Below, piece after piece: positions 53,221-64,000 of a DNA stretch of 64,000 nt. The notes beneath the pieces were generated by a model. That model ran no database searches, was not told the DNA's origin, and saw only the letters and a list, made by a program, of their open reading frames with translations. Position numbers and translations under genes: made by a program. Source of the stretch: Squalus acanthias (taxonomy: Eukaryota); the NCBI GenBank assembly GCA_030390025.1, contig CM059432.1, positions 106,704,001 to 106,768,000 of the forward strand. Reading direction: 5' to 3'. Each line of letters begins with the position of its first letter. Position 1 is the first letter of the stretch.

Positions 53221-54507
53221 CCGTTCCCTTAAACTGTGCACAGTACTCCAGGTGTGGCCTCTCCAAGCCCTGTAGAATTGTAACAAGTCTTCCTTACTCT
53301 TGTACTCCAACCCCCTTGCAATAAAGGCCAACATGCCATTTGCCTTTCCTGCACTGCTCCATGTGGAACCTTTGCCGAGTCCTTCCACTGCCATAACACC
53401 ACCTATTAATGTGCATTTCATGTGTGTGAGAAGGCAAGCGTGTTCAAATTGGCACACTTCCCATTAATTGCTGCATAACATGGAATTAAGAAGCCAGTCT
53501 GTATGTTAACATGCGTTAAACCAATTTAATCCTGGCAGCATGTTTTAGGAACCCAGACAAACATTAGAGGCTACTTGAGTAATGTTAATGTGTAAAATTA
53601 CTATACCTTTAAACACACAGGAATTTCACCTCTGGGATATTTGGAAGGTATTTTTTATGGCTTAATATGTCTCCTTGTGGCATATGTGAATTATGGAGAA
53701 AATCCATCAATTCAGAATGGGTCAGCTGCAGTGTACTGTAGCAAAAGAAAACTGACTTAAGCGCAACACCCTATCTGTCAAAAGTTTTGATTCAGATCAG
53801 TTGTCATAAGTGTACAAACCTGACAGCAAAACAATTCTATTATAAGGACAATGAGCTTTCCAAAAAAAGGGGAAGGGGGAAGAAAGGATTTTGGCTCAAA
53901 AGTTCAAGTTTCTCCACCAATTTTTTCCCCCCTATTCACTGTCGCCACATACTGATAGAATATTGCTCTCATCCCATGGGGAGCAGGGGATTGGGCTTAC
54001 CTGAGCAGACCGTTCCATTGAAAAAATTTCTGCAGCCAAATGATCCTCCACCACTTGCTCTGGACAATGCCGTTTGTCCTTCTCCTATCATTGGTAGCAT
54101 TCTTGTCTCTCACATCAGAAAAAGTCTGTAAATCCTTTCCCTGCATGTCCTTTCAACATTATTTACAGATTATCTTAAGTCTTTTAACACAGAGGTGCTT
54201 TGGTATTTCTCAAAAAAATTTTTTTAAAGTTCTTGTGCTGTTTTTACTAATACCATTTTATATATTGGCATACTGCAGTCTATCCTGATTTAGTCTTTTC
54301 CTACTTCAGCGATGGGCTGACGCCAGCTCTGAGTTTTAAAATCTCCGTCCAGTCTCATCTTTGTGACTGACTCGCATGATCTCTGTCTCTGTTCCTTTAG
54401 TATAACTGTTTGAAGCCTGTTCTAAATTCAGCACCCAGGCTTGGCCAACTCACTCAATGAAAGGTGATCCCAGGTAAACTGGATTTGTTCATGTGCAGAA
54501 AGGCCTT

Positions 54508-57500
54508 ACATAGATACATAGATACATAGAAGATAGGAGCAGGAGTAGGCCATCCGGCCCTTCGAGCCTGCTCCGCCATTTAATGAGATCATGGCTGATC
54601 CTCCAATTCAGTATCCCGTCCCCGCCTTCTCTCCGTAACCCTTAACCCCTTTTGCCTGTAGAAATATATCTAATTCCCTCTTAAATATATTTAATGAGCT
54701 GGCGTACACTGCCCTCTGTGGCAATGAGTTCCACAGGTTCACCACCCTCTGAGTGAAGAAATTCCCCCTCATTTCTGTCCTAAATGGTTTAGCCCTTATC
54801 CTTAAATTATGTCCTCTAGTTCTGTTCTCACCCGCCAAGGGAAACATTCCTTCTGCATCTAGTCTGTCTAGACCTGTCAGAATTTTATACACTTCTATGA
54901 GGTCCCCTCTCGATCTTCTAAACTCCAGTGTGTACATCCCTAAACTACATAGTCTCTCCTCATAGGTCAATCCCGCCATTCCTGGTATCAGCCTGGTGAA
55001 TCGCCGCTGCACCCCCTCCATGGCAAGAACATCTTTCCTCAGATAAGGCGACCAAAACTGTACACAGTACTCGAGGTGTGGTCTCACCAGTGCCCTGTAC
55101 AGCTGCAGCAAGGTATCCCTGTTCCTGTATTCCAACCCTTTTGCTATGAAGGCCAGCATACCGTTTGCCTTCTTGATCGCCTGTTGCACCTGCATGCTCG
55201 CCTTCAGTGACTGGTATACAAGAACACCCAGGTCTCTCTGTACTTCCCCCTCTCCCAATTTATTGCCATTTAAATAATAATTTGCCCTCCCGTTCCTGCA
55301 CCCAAGGTGGATAACTTCGCACTTGTCCACATTATAGTGCATCTGCCATTTATCCGCCCAATCACCCAGTCTGTCCAAATCGCTCTGGAGCTTCCTGGTC
55401 TCCTCCTCTGAGCCCACCCCCCCTCCTAGTTTAGTGTCGTCTGCAAATTTGGAAATGCTGCATCCGACTCCCTGATCCAGGTCATTAATGTAAATTGTGA
55501 ACAGCTGGGGACCCAGGACAGATCCCTGCGGTACCCCACTTGTTACTGCCTGCCATTCAGAAAATGAGCCGTTTATTCCAACTCTCTGTTTTCTATCTGA
55601 CAGCCAGTTCTCTATCCACGTCAATACTTTCCCCTTTATCCCATGAGCTTCAATTTTCCCTGCTAATCTTTTATGTGGGACCTTATCGAAGGCCTTTTGG
55701 AAGTCCAGGTACACCACATCTACTGGCTCTCCCCCATCTATTTTACCAGTTACTCCCTCAAAAAATTCCAATAGATTAGTCAAGCACGATTTACCCTTTG
55801 TAAATCCATGTTGACTCTGTCCTATCCTGTCCCCATTTGCTAAGTGCTCCGCTATTTCATCCTTAATGATGGACTCCAGCATTTTGCCCACAACTGATGT
55901 AAGGCTTACAGGTCTGTAATTACCTGCTTTTTCCCTACCCCCCTTTTTGAATAGTGGGGTAACGTTAGCTACCCTCCAATCCATGGGCACTGTTCCCGAG
56001 TCTAATGAATTCTGAAAAATCATACTTAGTGCATCCGCTATCTCTAGGGCCACCTCCTTCAGCACCCTAGGATGCATGTTATCAGGCCCTGGGGATTTGT
56101 CCGCCTTCAATCCCTTTAGCTTCCTTAACACCATATCCTTAGAGATATTGACTTGCGTCAGTTCCTCCTTTGCAAATGTCCCTATTTTTCCCGATATCCC
56201 AGGGAGGTTTTTTGTGTCTTCCTTCGTAAAGACTGACCCAAAGTATGCATTTAGTTGGTCTGCCATTTCCTTATTTCCCGTTATATATTCCCCCGTATCT
56301 GACTGCAATGGGCCAACTTTGGTTTTCACCAGTCTTTTCCTCTTGATATACTTATAAAAGCTTTTGGAGTTAGTTTTTATATTTTCCGCCAGCTTGCTTT
56401 CGTAAGCTATTTTGCCCCTCTTGATTAAGCCCTTTGTCCTCCTTTGCTCTATCTTAAACTGTTCCCAATCTTCCGCTCTGGCGCTTTTTTTGGCTATTTT
56501 ATACGCCCTATCTTTGGATTTTATGCTGTCTCTAATTTCCCCTGTTATCCACGGTTGAGTCACCTTTTTAGATTTCCTTTTATGCCAGATTGGTATAAAC
56601 AATTTTTGCAATTTTGTCATTCTATCTTTAAATGCTTGCCATTGTTTATCTACCTCCAGTCCTCCCAGGAACGTTGTCCAATCAGACCTACTCAGTTCCC
56701 GTCTAATGGCATCATAATTCCCCTTGTTTAAATTCAGGACCTTAGTATCTGAGTCAATTTCTTCGCTCTCCATTTCGAGTGAGAAATCGATCATGTTATG
56801 ATCGCTCTGACCCAAGGGTCCCCGTACAACAAGATTACTAATTAGTCCCTTCTCATTGCACAGTACCCAGTCCAATATAGCCTGTTCCCGAGTTGGTTCC
56901 TCGACATATTGATCCAGATAACCATCCCTTAAACACTCAAGGAATTCCTCCTCCTCATTATTTTTACTGATTAGGCTATTCCAATCTATATGTAAGTTAA
57001 AGTCACCTATGATGACAGCTGTGCTCTTATTGCACGCTTCTCTAATTTCCCTCGTGATGCCCTCCCCAACCTCTATTTTACTATTTGGAGGCCTATATAC
57101 CACTCCTATTAATGTTTTTCGCCCCTCGCTATTTCTTAGCTCCACCCATATAGATTCTGTATTAACTGAGTTAATATCCTTCCTTTCAATTGCATTTATC
57201 CCTTCTTTTACCAGCAATACTACCCCTCCTCCCTTTCTTTTTTGTCGATCCTTCCTAAATACTGAATACCCCTGTATGTTAAGCTCCCAGCCCTGCTCAC
57301 CCTGCAACCATGTTTCCGTAATCCCAATTAGATCATAATTATTAACCTCTATTTCCACAGCTAATTCATCTACCTTGTTCCTGATGCTTCTCGCATTAAG
57401 GTATAAAACCCTCAGGCTTTTTTTATGCTCACATTTTTTATGAATTAGTTTGGCCCTTTGTTTTTTGTTCCTCACCCTTTTACCATTTATTTCTGTCTGC

Positions 57501-57876
57501 CTTTCACTTTCCTCTATTTCACTACATAGGTTTCTAGCCCCCTGCCATACTAGTTTAAATGCTCCCGAACTGCTTTATCAAAAATTACCCCGAGAACATC
57601 AGTTCCATCTTTGCACAGGTGTAGACCGTCCCTTTTGTATAGGTCACACCTACCACAAAACTGGTTCCAATGCCTCAAAAATTTAAAACCCTCCCTCTTA
57701 CACCACTGCTCAAGCCACGTATTTAGCCTAACTATCCTGTTCTCTGTACTCTTACTAGCACGTGGCACTGGTAGTAATCCAGAGATTACTACCTTCGAGG
57801 TCCTACTTTTTAGCTTGGCTCCTAACTCCCTAAATTCTACTTGTAGGACCTCTTCCCTTTTTTTAGCTACGTCGTT
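54508..57876 (-). mobile_element. CR1 LINE copy C, truncated in ORF1, ORF2 intact
   Basis: (acatagat)n tail; ORF1 C-terminus ..DGLHL..AVREHLN*; uninterrupted ORF2. Confidence 0.95.
54608..57559 (-). CDS. CR1 ORF2 (APE endonuclease plus reverse transcriptase), 983 codons counted from the slippery site
   Basis: No stops; YLNARS, GITETWL, GDFN, SDHN, LDFQKAFDKV, GVPQGSVLGP, FADD. The track start at 57475 is GTG; the first ATG lies after the endonuclease SDH motif. Confidence 0.92.
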   Translation of the reverse strand, partial: FKLVWQGARNLCSEIEESERQTEINGKRVRNKKQRAKLIHKKCEHKKSLRVLYLNARSIRNKVDELAVEIEVNNYDLIGITETWLQGEQGWELNIQGYSVFRKDRQKRKGGGVVLLVKEGINAIERKDINSVNTESIWVELRNSEGRKTLIGVVYRPPNSKIEVGEGITREIREACNKSTAVIIGDFNLHIDWNSLISKNNEEEEFLECLRDGYLDQYVEEPTREQAILDWVLCNEKGLISNLVVRGPLGQSDHNMIDFSLEMESEEIDSDTKVLNLNKGNYDAIRRELSRSDWTTFLGGLEVDKQWQAFKDRMTKLQKLFIPIWHKRKSKKVTQPWITGEIRDSIKSKDRAYKIAKKSARAEDWEQFKIEQRRTKGLIKRGKIAYESKLAENIKTNSKSFYKYIKRKRLVKTKVGPLQSDTGEYITGNKEMADQLNAYFGSVFTKEDTKNLPGISGKIGTFAKEELTQVNISKDMVLRKLKGLKADKSPGPDNMHPRVLKEVALEIADALSMIFQNSLDSGTVPMDWRVANVTPLFKKGGREKAGNYRPVSLTSVVGKMLESIIKDEIAEHLANGDRIGQSQHGFTKGKSCLTNLLEFFEGVTGKIDGGEPVDVVYLDFQKAFDKVPHKRLAGKIEAHGIKGKVLTWIENWLSDRKQRVGINGSFSEWQAVTSGVPQGSVLGPQLFTIYINDLDQGVGCSISKFADDTKLGGGVGSEEETRKLQSDLDRLGDWADKWQMHYNVDKCEVIHLGCRNGRANYYLNGNKLGEGEVQRDLGVLVYQSLKASMQVQQAIKKANGMLAFIAKGLEYRNRDTLLQLYRALVRPHLEYCVQFWSPYLRKDVLAMEGVQRRFTRLIPGMAGLTYEERLCSLGMYTLEFRRSRGDLIEVYKILTGLDRLDAEGMFPLAGENRTRGHNLRIRAKPFRTEMRGNFFTQRVVNLWNSLPQRAVYASSLNIFKRELDIFLQAKGVKGYGEKAGTGY

Positions 57877-58846
57877 GGGCTTCAGTTTGACACAGATGTT
57901 CTTGCAGTTCCAAGTCAGATGGGAAATCGACTTCAACAAGAAGTATTCAGATTAGCCTTTCTGAACAGGTGCATTAGCTGAATCATGGTCCTATGGCTGG
58001 CATGAAGGAATTAGGATCCTTTGGGACCTATGTTAACTAGCTAGTTATATTTATGTGAGTTCAATCAATGACTTTCAGACAATATGCTCATAAACAAAGT
58101 TTCATTTATTCAAAGTTTAATCCTTCAAATAAGGTAAAGTTAAAAACCAAGCAAACTTGATTCGGCGAAATTCTATCTATTGATTTTACTTCGAGGTTAA
58201 TCTGCCCAGGTGTAATCCAAATTCCCATTACAATTTGCTAGTTTAGATACCTTTCTTGACTAAGGAGGAGGAAGAGACTCCCATTTCAGGAATTCCCTCC
58301 GGCTTCACCGCCGACCTGGGTATGGTGCTAAGCAAGTACATATTTCACTTCAGTGCTTGGATGGCTTTTCAGCTGGGTATTGACTACAAGCACATCCATG
58401 AATAATGAGCAAGAACTCTACCGATCATTCACCCTGGCAGAATACAGTTACATGTCTCTGATCTTGCACAAAATATCAAGTGTGGTGTTTGAGATGTGTT
58501 TTTTTACTAAAATAGCTAGAACAGAATGAGGTGGCATCACAAGATGTCAGAACTGTTGCACTTGAAATTAAAAAAAAAATACTGGGCAGATAGTAACTGG
58601 AGCCAGACTGCAGCCACATCAAACTTAACAGGTGTGAGGATGTGGCAAAGCCAACAGTAACAGACTTACGTCTCATTCAACTGCCAGATGGTTTGTGGTT
58701 ACCACTTCCACATTGAAAATGTATCCAGATGAGCAGCAGATGAACATGATGAACACATTTTTTGATAACTATAGGCTGAACAAAGTTTTCGTTTGGAGAG
58801 CGTGCTTACCTAGCTCAGAAGCTTTGTAGTTGCCTCGAGTCTACAG

Positions 58847-60086
58847 CATAGAAACAGGCCATTCGGCCTAACTAGTCGATGCAGGCATTTGAGCGCCACA
58901 CAAGCCTCCTCCCACCCTACTTCATCTAACCCCACCAGCATATCCTTCTATTCATTTCTCCCTCGTGCTTATCTAGCTTCCCCTTAAATGCATCTATGAT
59001 ATTTGCCTCAGCTACTCTTTGTCGTAGCACGTTCCACATTCTTACCACTCTTTTGGGTAAAGAAGTTTCTCCTGAACTCCCTATTGGATTTATTAGTGAC
59101 TATCTTATATTTATGGCCTCTAGTTTTGGTCTCCTCCACAGTGGAAACATTTTCTCCATGCCTACCTTTTCAAACCCTTTCATTATCTTAAAGACCTCTA
59201 TCAGGTCACCCCTTAGTCATTTTTCTAGAGAAAAGAGCCCCAGCCTATTCAGTTTTTCCTGATAGTTATAACCTCTCAGTTCTGGTATCATCCTTGTGAA
59301 TCTTATTTGCACCATCTCCAATGCCTCGGTATCCTTTTTATAATTTGGAGACCAGAACTGCACAGTACTCCATGTGTGGTCTAAACAAGGTTCTATACAA
59401 GTTTAACATGACTTCCCTGCTTTTCAATTCTATCCCTCTAGAAATAAACCCCAGTGCTTGGTTTGCTTTTTGTTGGCCTTAGTAACCTGCGTTGCTACTT
59501 TTAGTGATTTGTGTATCTGTATCCCCCAGTTCCCTTTTAGACTCTTATTATCCAAGCAGGAAGTGGCTTCCTAATTCTTCCTACCAAAATGCATCACCTC
59601 ACACTTATCTATATTGAAATTCATTTGCCAATTAAATATCCATTCTGCAAGTTTATTAATGTTGTCTTGTATTTTGTCGCATTTTTCCTTTGTATTAACT
59701 CCCCCCTCCCAAATTTGGTGTTGTCCACAAATTTAGAAATTGTACTTCCAATTCCCGAGTCCAGATCGTTAATGTAAACTATGAACAACCGTGGTCCCAG
59801 CACTGATCCCTGTGGAACACCACTTCCCACCTTTTGGCAGTATGAGTAGCTACCCTTGACGCCCTACTCTCTTTTCTATTTTGTAGCCAACTTTCTTTCC
59901 ATTCTGCTACCTGTCCCCTGACTCCACATGCTCTGACCTTTGAAAATCCAAATATATTACATCTACTGCATTATTCTTGCGTACTTTTTCTGTTACACTC
60001 TTTCCTACCACCGATGTTAAGCTAATTGGTCTATAGTTCCCTGGACTTGTTCTGTCTCCCTTTTTAAATATAGGAATAACATTAGC
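58847..60086 (-). mobile_element. Old degenerate CR1
   Basis: PIFKKGDR..NYRPISLTSV, SGVPQGSVLGP..ISKFVDNTK; catagaaacaggccattcggcc tail. Confidence 0.8.
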
Positions 60087-60345
60087 ATATAGGAGAAGCA
60101 TCAGTATTATATCTTCAACAGTTAAACTCACACACAAATGACTATATCCATAAATAAATCTTTAGTTGGATGAGTCTGATTTTGTAACAGCACAAGCAAA
60201 AAATTCAGTAATATATTAGAAGGAAAACTGATAAGTACAGCGTATGGTAGGTTGTCTAATATTCATGAAAGTTACGTAAAGTATTGTCTTTTTCCTTTCT
60301 TCAACAATAGTATTTGTTAAAGCTTGAAGGTTACGCTCTCTGGTA

Positions 60346-60745
60346 CAGGAAACTCTTTATTAACCGGCACCGACAGGACCGGCGTGGTGCCGGTTTATCG
60401 AAAGTACCGGATAACGGAGAGTTATATCTACCGAGGCTATTTTTAACAAAGAAAAATAAATAAATCAAGAAATGTGCAGTATACTTCCGACAGCGCCAGG
60501 AGGCCGAGTAGTGGCACTTTTGAAAACTACCCCTACTGACTAAATCGGCGTTCGCGGACTCGGACTCTGGATCGGCAACATTGCCGGTTATTTGAGAGGA
60601 GTTTTCGGATTACTCGCCGTTCGCGGAGACTCGACTGCGACTCGGCAACATTGCCGGTTATTTGAGAGGAGTTTTCGGAGGATGATTTTTGCCGGTTAAG
60701 TGAGAATTCCGGATATTTGGGTGCCGGATAAACAAAAGTTTCCTG
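60346..60745. mobile_element. Tc1/mariner (Tigger/pogo-like) MITE, 400 bp
   Basis: 26-bp TIR CAGGAAACT(C/T)TT(T/G)(A/T)TT(A)(A/T)CCGGCACC with a few mismatches; TA duplication; internal direct repeat of about 70 bp at 60550-60680. Confidence 0.88.
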
Positions 60746-60749
60746 TACA

Positions 60750-60870
60750 TTGTTTCTCTCTCTTTCTCCCTCTGTCTCCCATCTCTTTCTGTCTTTGCCT
60801 CTTTTTCTCTCTCTCTATCTGCCTCTCTCTCTTTGCTATTCTCTTTCTGTGTGTCTTTATCTTTCTTTCT
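60750..60870. repeat. CT-rich low-complexity tract
   Basis: Degenerate (CT)n. Confidence 0.8.
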
Positions 60871-62504
60871 GGCTAAGGTTAGTTGCTATAGACCTAAAAA
60901 ATACATATCCCCATATCATCAGATGAGAATTCTACCAGATGTTTCTCTAGTTCAAATTATTACATTCTTTCTTTCAGCCTCTCCTCAGCACCCAAGGTTT
61001 TTGTAAAGTCCATAGTTGCAGTATATCTCTGGTTGTGGCATTGCCCTGTATATCTGTAGATGGATGATTGGTTCTTCAGTGCCCCATGCCAGAGTTCTGC
61101 TACCTCAGTCATAAATTAGATATTCAACACAGTGCTAAGGTTGGGTTTTGTAGTCAATTTGTCTTTGTTGCAACCCAAGCAGGAGCTAATATTCTTTGTG
61201 GTATTATTCCGAATGACTCAGCAGAAGGTTTTTCTGCCTTGAGTCCTGTTTACAATTGCAAGAAGAATCATGGATCTGAGGTGAAGGTTATTGGTCTATG
61301 GAGGATGTGTGTCATTGTAAGAATTGAAGACAACCCTATGATTTAGATACAACATCTTTGTAGATTGAGATTTTTTAACATATTCCAATAATGGAAATCT
61401 CTGTGTTTAACAGTATTGTACAAGTAGCATGGTAGTTTACCATACATTGTGGTTTATTGCCAAAGTACAAGCTCGGAAGATTAGCATTGGGAGAAACGTG
61501 TTTTACTATGTTAAATAATGTAGTCACGCTGTGTAACATCTTAGTTCCATGACTGTATGAACTAAAAATTTGCAGTGTTGTGTATACATATTTGTGGTAA
61601 TTTATGTTTCTTTAAAAAGATTTTTGATACAAAGTATTTTCCAAATCGCATATAGGTAAAGTTGAACCTGGCCCATGCAATTCATGGCATTGCTTCAGCA
61701 GCCTTTGTTGATGTTTTCCACTACATACACTATTTCGCTCCCCTCCCTCCTCAGACTGTAATGCAATGTTCCATGGCTGACAAAGTGAAAACATGATTTT
61801 CCAGGGCACTGATGCATCTGTTGTGAAACTGGGCATCAGGAGCCGTGTGATTGAAATTTATTTGGTCTTTCTTCCTGCCTTCTGAGAGCTGGCTAAGATC
61901 AGGATTTGTTTTTTTTTAATTTTCTCATCCAACATTCACACATGCACACTTCCCACCATGAGTCAGTGGATGGTGATCTGGAGTTCCCCAGGCCCATGGG
62001 CACTGATGCCAATTGTAGTGCCTTCACTAATTCAGCATAGACTATGGTTCGAACCTGGGACCTTCCTAATTTGTATAACTCAGTACCACATCACTTGCAA
62101 CTTTGTTGAGCCATTGGGACAGTGAAAGTTTGGAATATTGCAAAGTAAATTGTTGTACTCTGCCACAAAGTAGAATGGGACATTGTACTGCACCACTGTG
62201 CTACCTGCATTCTGGAAAATCTTTACCTTCTTGTTTGATTTAAAATGTTAGATGAAAATAAAACACATTTAAATTCTTTTTGTGTCATTTCAGAAGTCAA
62301 AAATTGTTGCAGTCAAGCACTAATAGCTTAAAAACGGAGACTGTCCATGAAGTTACAATATTTAGAACACAATAGTTCGTCTTACTGTATTTACAAAAAT
62401 CAAATGTTGGCTTTTATTTTCTTTTGTTAAGTTACTTTGCAGTTCTTTCATTCTTTGAAAGAATCAGTCATCAAATCTAAATGTTTCCTGGATTCAATTT
62501 ATAG

Positions 62505-62590
62505 GAGCATCAAAGAAGACTGAAGGCTGGGTTGGCCTGGGGTGTTGTGAGTTGGCCATTGCTGTGGAATGTCGACGTGCATGTAAGCAG
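62505..62590 (+). CDS. RECK: RECK coding exon (equivalent to human exon 5), CC2 region
   Basis: 86 bp between tttatag and gtaata; (G)ASKKTEGWVGLGCCELAIAVECRRACKQ versus human GVFKKSDGWVGLGCCELAIALECRQACKQ as recalled. Confidence 0.97.
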
Positions 62591-63105
62591 GTAATATGCT
62601 TCAGCTGTGTATGGATTTCGCATAGTACTTTAGGAAAGAACAAAAATGTTCTTTTGAGTTGGGAAGGAAGAACTTCCATTTATATATACAGCAACAAAAA
62701 AACAGCACTTTATCATGTCCTCAAAACATCCAAAAGTGCTTCACAATCAGTGAATTACTTTTGAAATGCAGTCACTGTTGTTATGTAGGCAAATGTAATT
62801 CCAATTTTATTTTGCACACAGCAAGGTCCCACAAAACAGAAAATGTGATAGATGCCCAGTTTTTCTGTTTTTGGTAGTGTTTGTTGAACGATGAATGTTG
62901 ACCAGGGCACTATTGCATGAGGCAGTCTGATAGCTTTGGATGTTGAAGTCTACATTGGAGGGGGGGCTGTGCTGGAGTTGCTGAGTGATGCTGCCCGGAG
63001 ATCCACCTTGATGTCATCCAACAGCAAAACATCGACATGTGCTTCGGTCGACACACACTAACTGTACAGATAGACTTGAGTTGGCTAAGACCATTTGACA
63101 CTCAA

Positions 63106-63487
63106 GGGTACGGTAACGTAGAGGCCTGGACTAATAGTCCAGAAAATGCAAATTCAAATCCTACTGTGGCAATTTAACAATTTGAATTCAGTTTAAGAAA
63201 TCTGGAAATTAGAATCTGCTGTCAGTAAAAAGGGACCATGAAGCTGTCAGATTGTCATAAAAACCCATCTGGTTCACTAATGTCCTTTAGGGAAGGAAAC
63301 CTGCCATCCTTGCACGGTTTGGCCTATATGTGACACCAGTCCCACACCAATGGTTGACTCTTAACTGCCCTCTGAAGTGGCAAAACAAGCCACTCGGTCG
63401 TATCCCCACCTTCTCAGGGAAATTAAGGATGGGCAATAAATGCCGGCCTTGCCAGCGTCGTCCACATCCCAAGAATGAATTAAAAAA
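63106..63487 (+). mobile_element. tRNA-head SINE sharing both ends with the Zenon-like LINE
   Basis: 63106-63402 matches the reverse complement of 52921-53228; 63406-63487 matches the reverse complement of about 37046-37128. Confidence 0.85.
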
Positions 63488-64000
63488 GACTCTGTCTTTG
63501 CTTCCCGTTTCTCCTGGTCCACACCATCAGGTGGTGCACCGACACCAACCAGGGCTAGTGCTTCTGGTAGGAGAAAGAATTGCGGCCGCGCACCTCTCTG
63601 CCAGTCCCGAGCAGCCCGTAAAGTTTCACGCACGCTGTGAATGGGCCACGCAGCCCCTTAAAGGGGCTGCACACCCCCAAAAAATAAGAGGGACTATTGC
63701 TTGCACCAACTAAATTAGGTCCCTCAAGGTGCATCCTTGAGACCATTGCCACTTTGTTCTATCATCTCAGGTGGCATCAAAGTGAGCTCAAGGTTTTGGT
63801 CCCCTTTGTGGAACCTCCCCCAGAGGGCTTAGATACCCAGTCTGGGGATTCATACTATGGAGATGGCTACTGTTGACATGAGGGGCGGGGGTGCGGGGAT
63901 GCTCTTTACCATATTATAGTTCTGGGTCTCCTCTGAGCCTCTCAGGTCTGCACTCTAGCCATGCCCATCAATTCGTGGAAGATGTTTGGGTACCTGTAGT

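Larger units (their letters stand above)
50590..53228 (-). mobile_element. CR1-Zenon-like LINE with a tRNA-derived 5' head; 3' end lost
   Basis: Head at 53228-52921, then PDIVIL.E, VGDFNVH, NYRPISLLSIISKVME, IKAAFDQVWH, GVPQGSILG, MFADDC. No ORF1 is visible. Confidence 0.82.

Noticed and set aside
61930..62118. Possible minus-strand tRNA-like sequence with B box ggttcgaacc
   Set aside because: No cloverleaf; probably a decayed SINE head, too weak to classify.

Overview
Eukaryotic, repeat-dense genomic DNA. The repeat mix (CR1, CR1-Zenon-like, L2, RTE, Penelope, DeuSINE) points to a cartilaginous fish; this is an inference and the species cannot be determined. The only host gene recognised is RECK on the + strand, with four small coding exons (5751-5809, 43074-43148, 43445-43481, 62505-62590) separated by introns of 37,264, 296 and 19,023 bp. 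The introns hold nested transposable elements: CR1 LINEs (one apparently full-length with a 38-bp tandem array at its 5' end, one with an uninterrupted ORF2), a near-intact two-gene Harbinger transposon and its MITE, hAT and Tigger-like MITEs, Penelope fragments with minimal hammerhead ribozymes, and an STK35 kinase fragment fused to a CR1 tail. Two observations stand out. (1) A Zenon-like LINE begins with a tRNA-derived A/B-box head and shows no TTTT run on its sense strand over about 3.3 kb, suggesting a Pol III-transcribed protein-coding LINE; a SINE in the window looks like its deletion derivative. (2) Three divergent CR1 copies all carry a T_TTA_AAC slippery heptamer immediately before the ORF1 stop, with an ATG-free -1 frame running into ORF2, suggesting programmed -1 ribosomal frameshifting. 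Both mechanisms are inferred, not demonstrated. Family assignments come from recalled motifs, not database searches, and boundaries of degenerate repeats are approximate.
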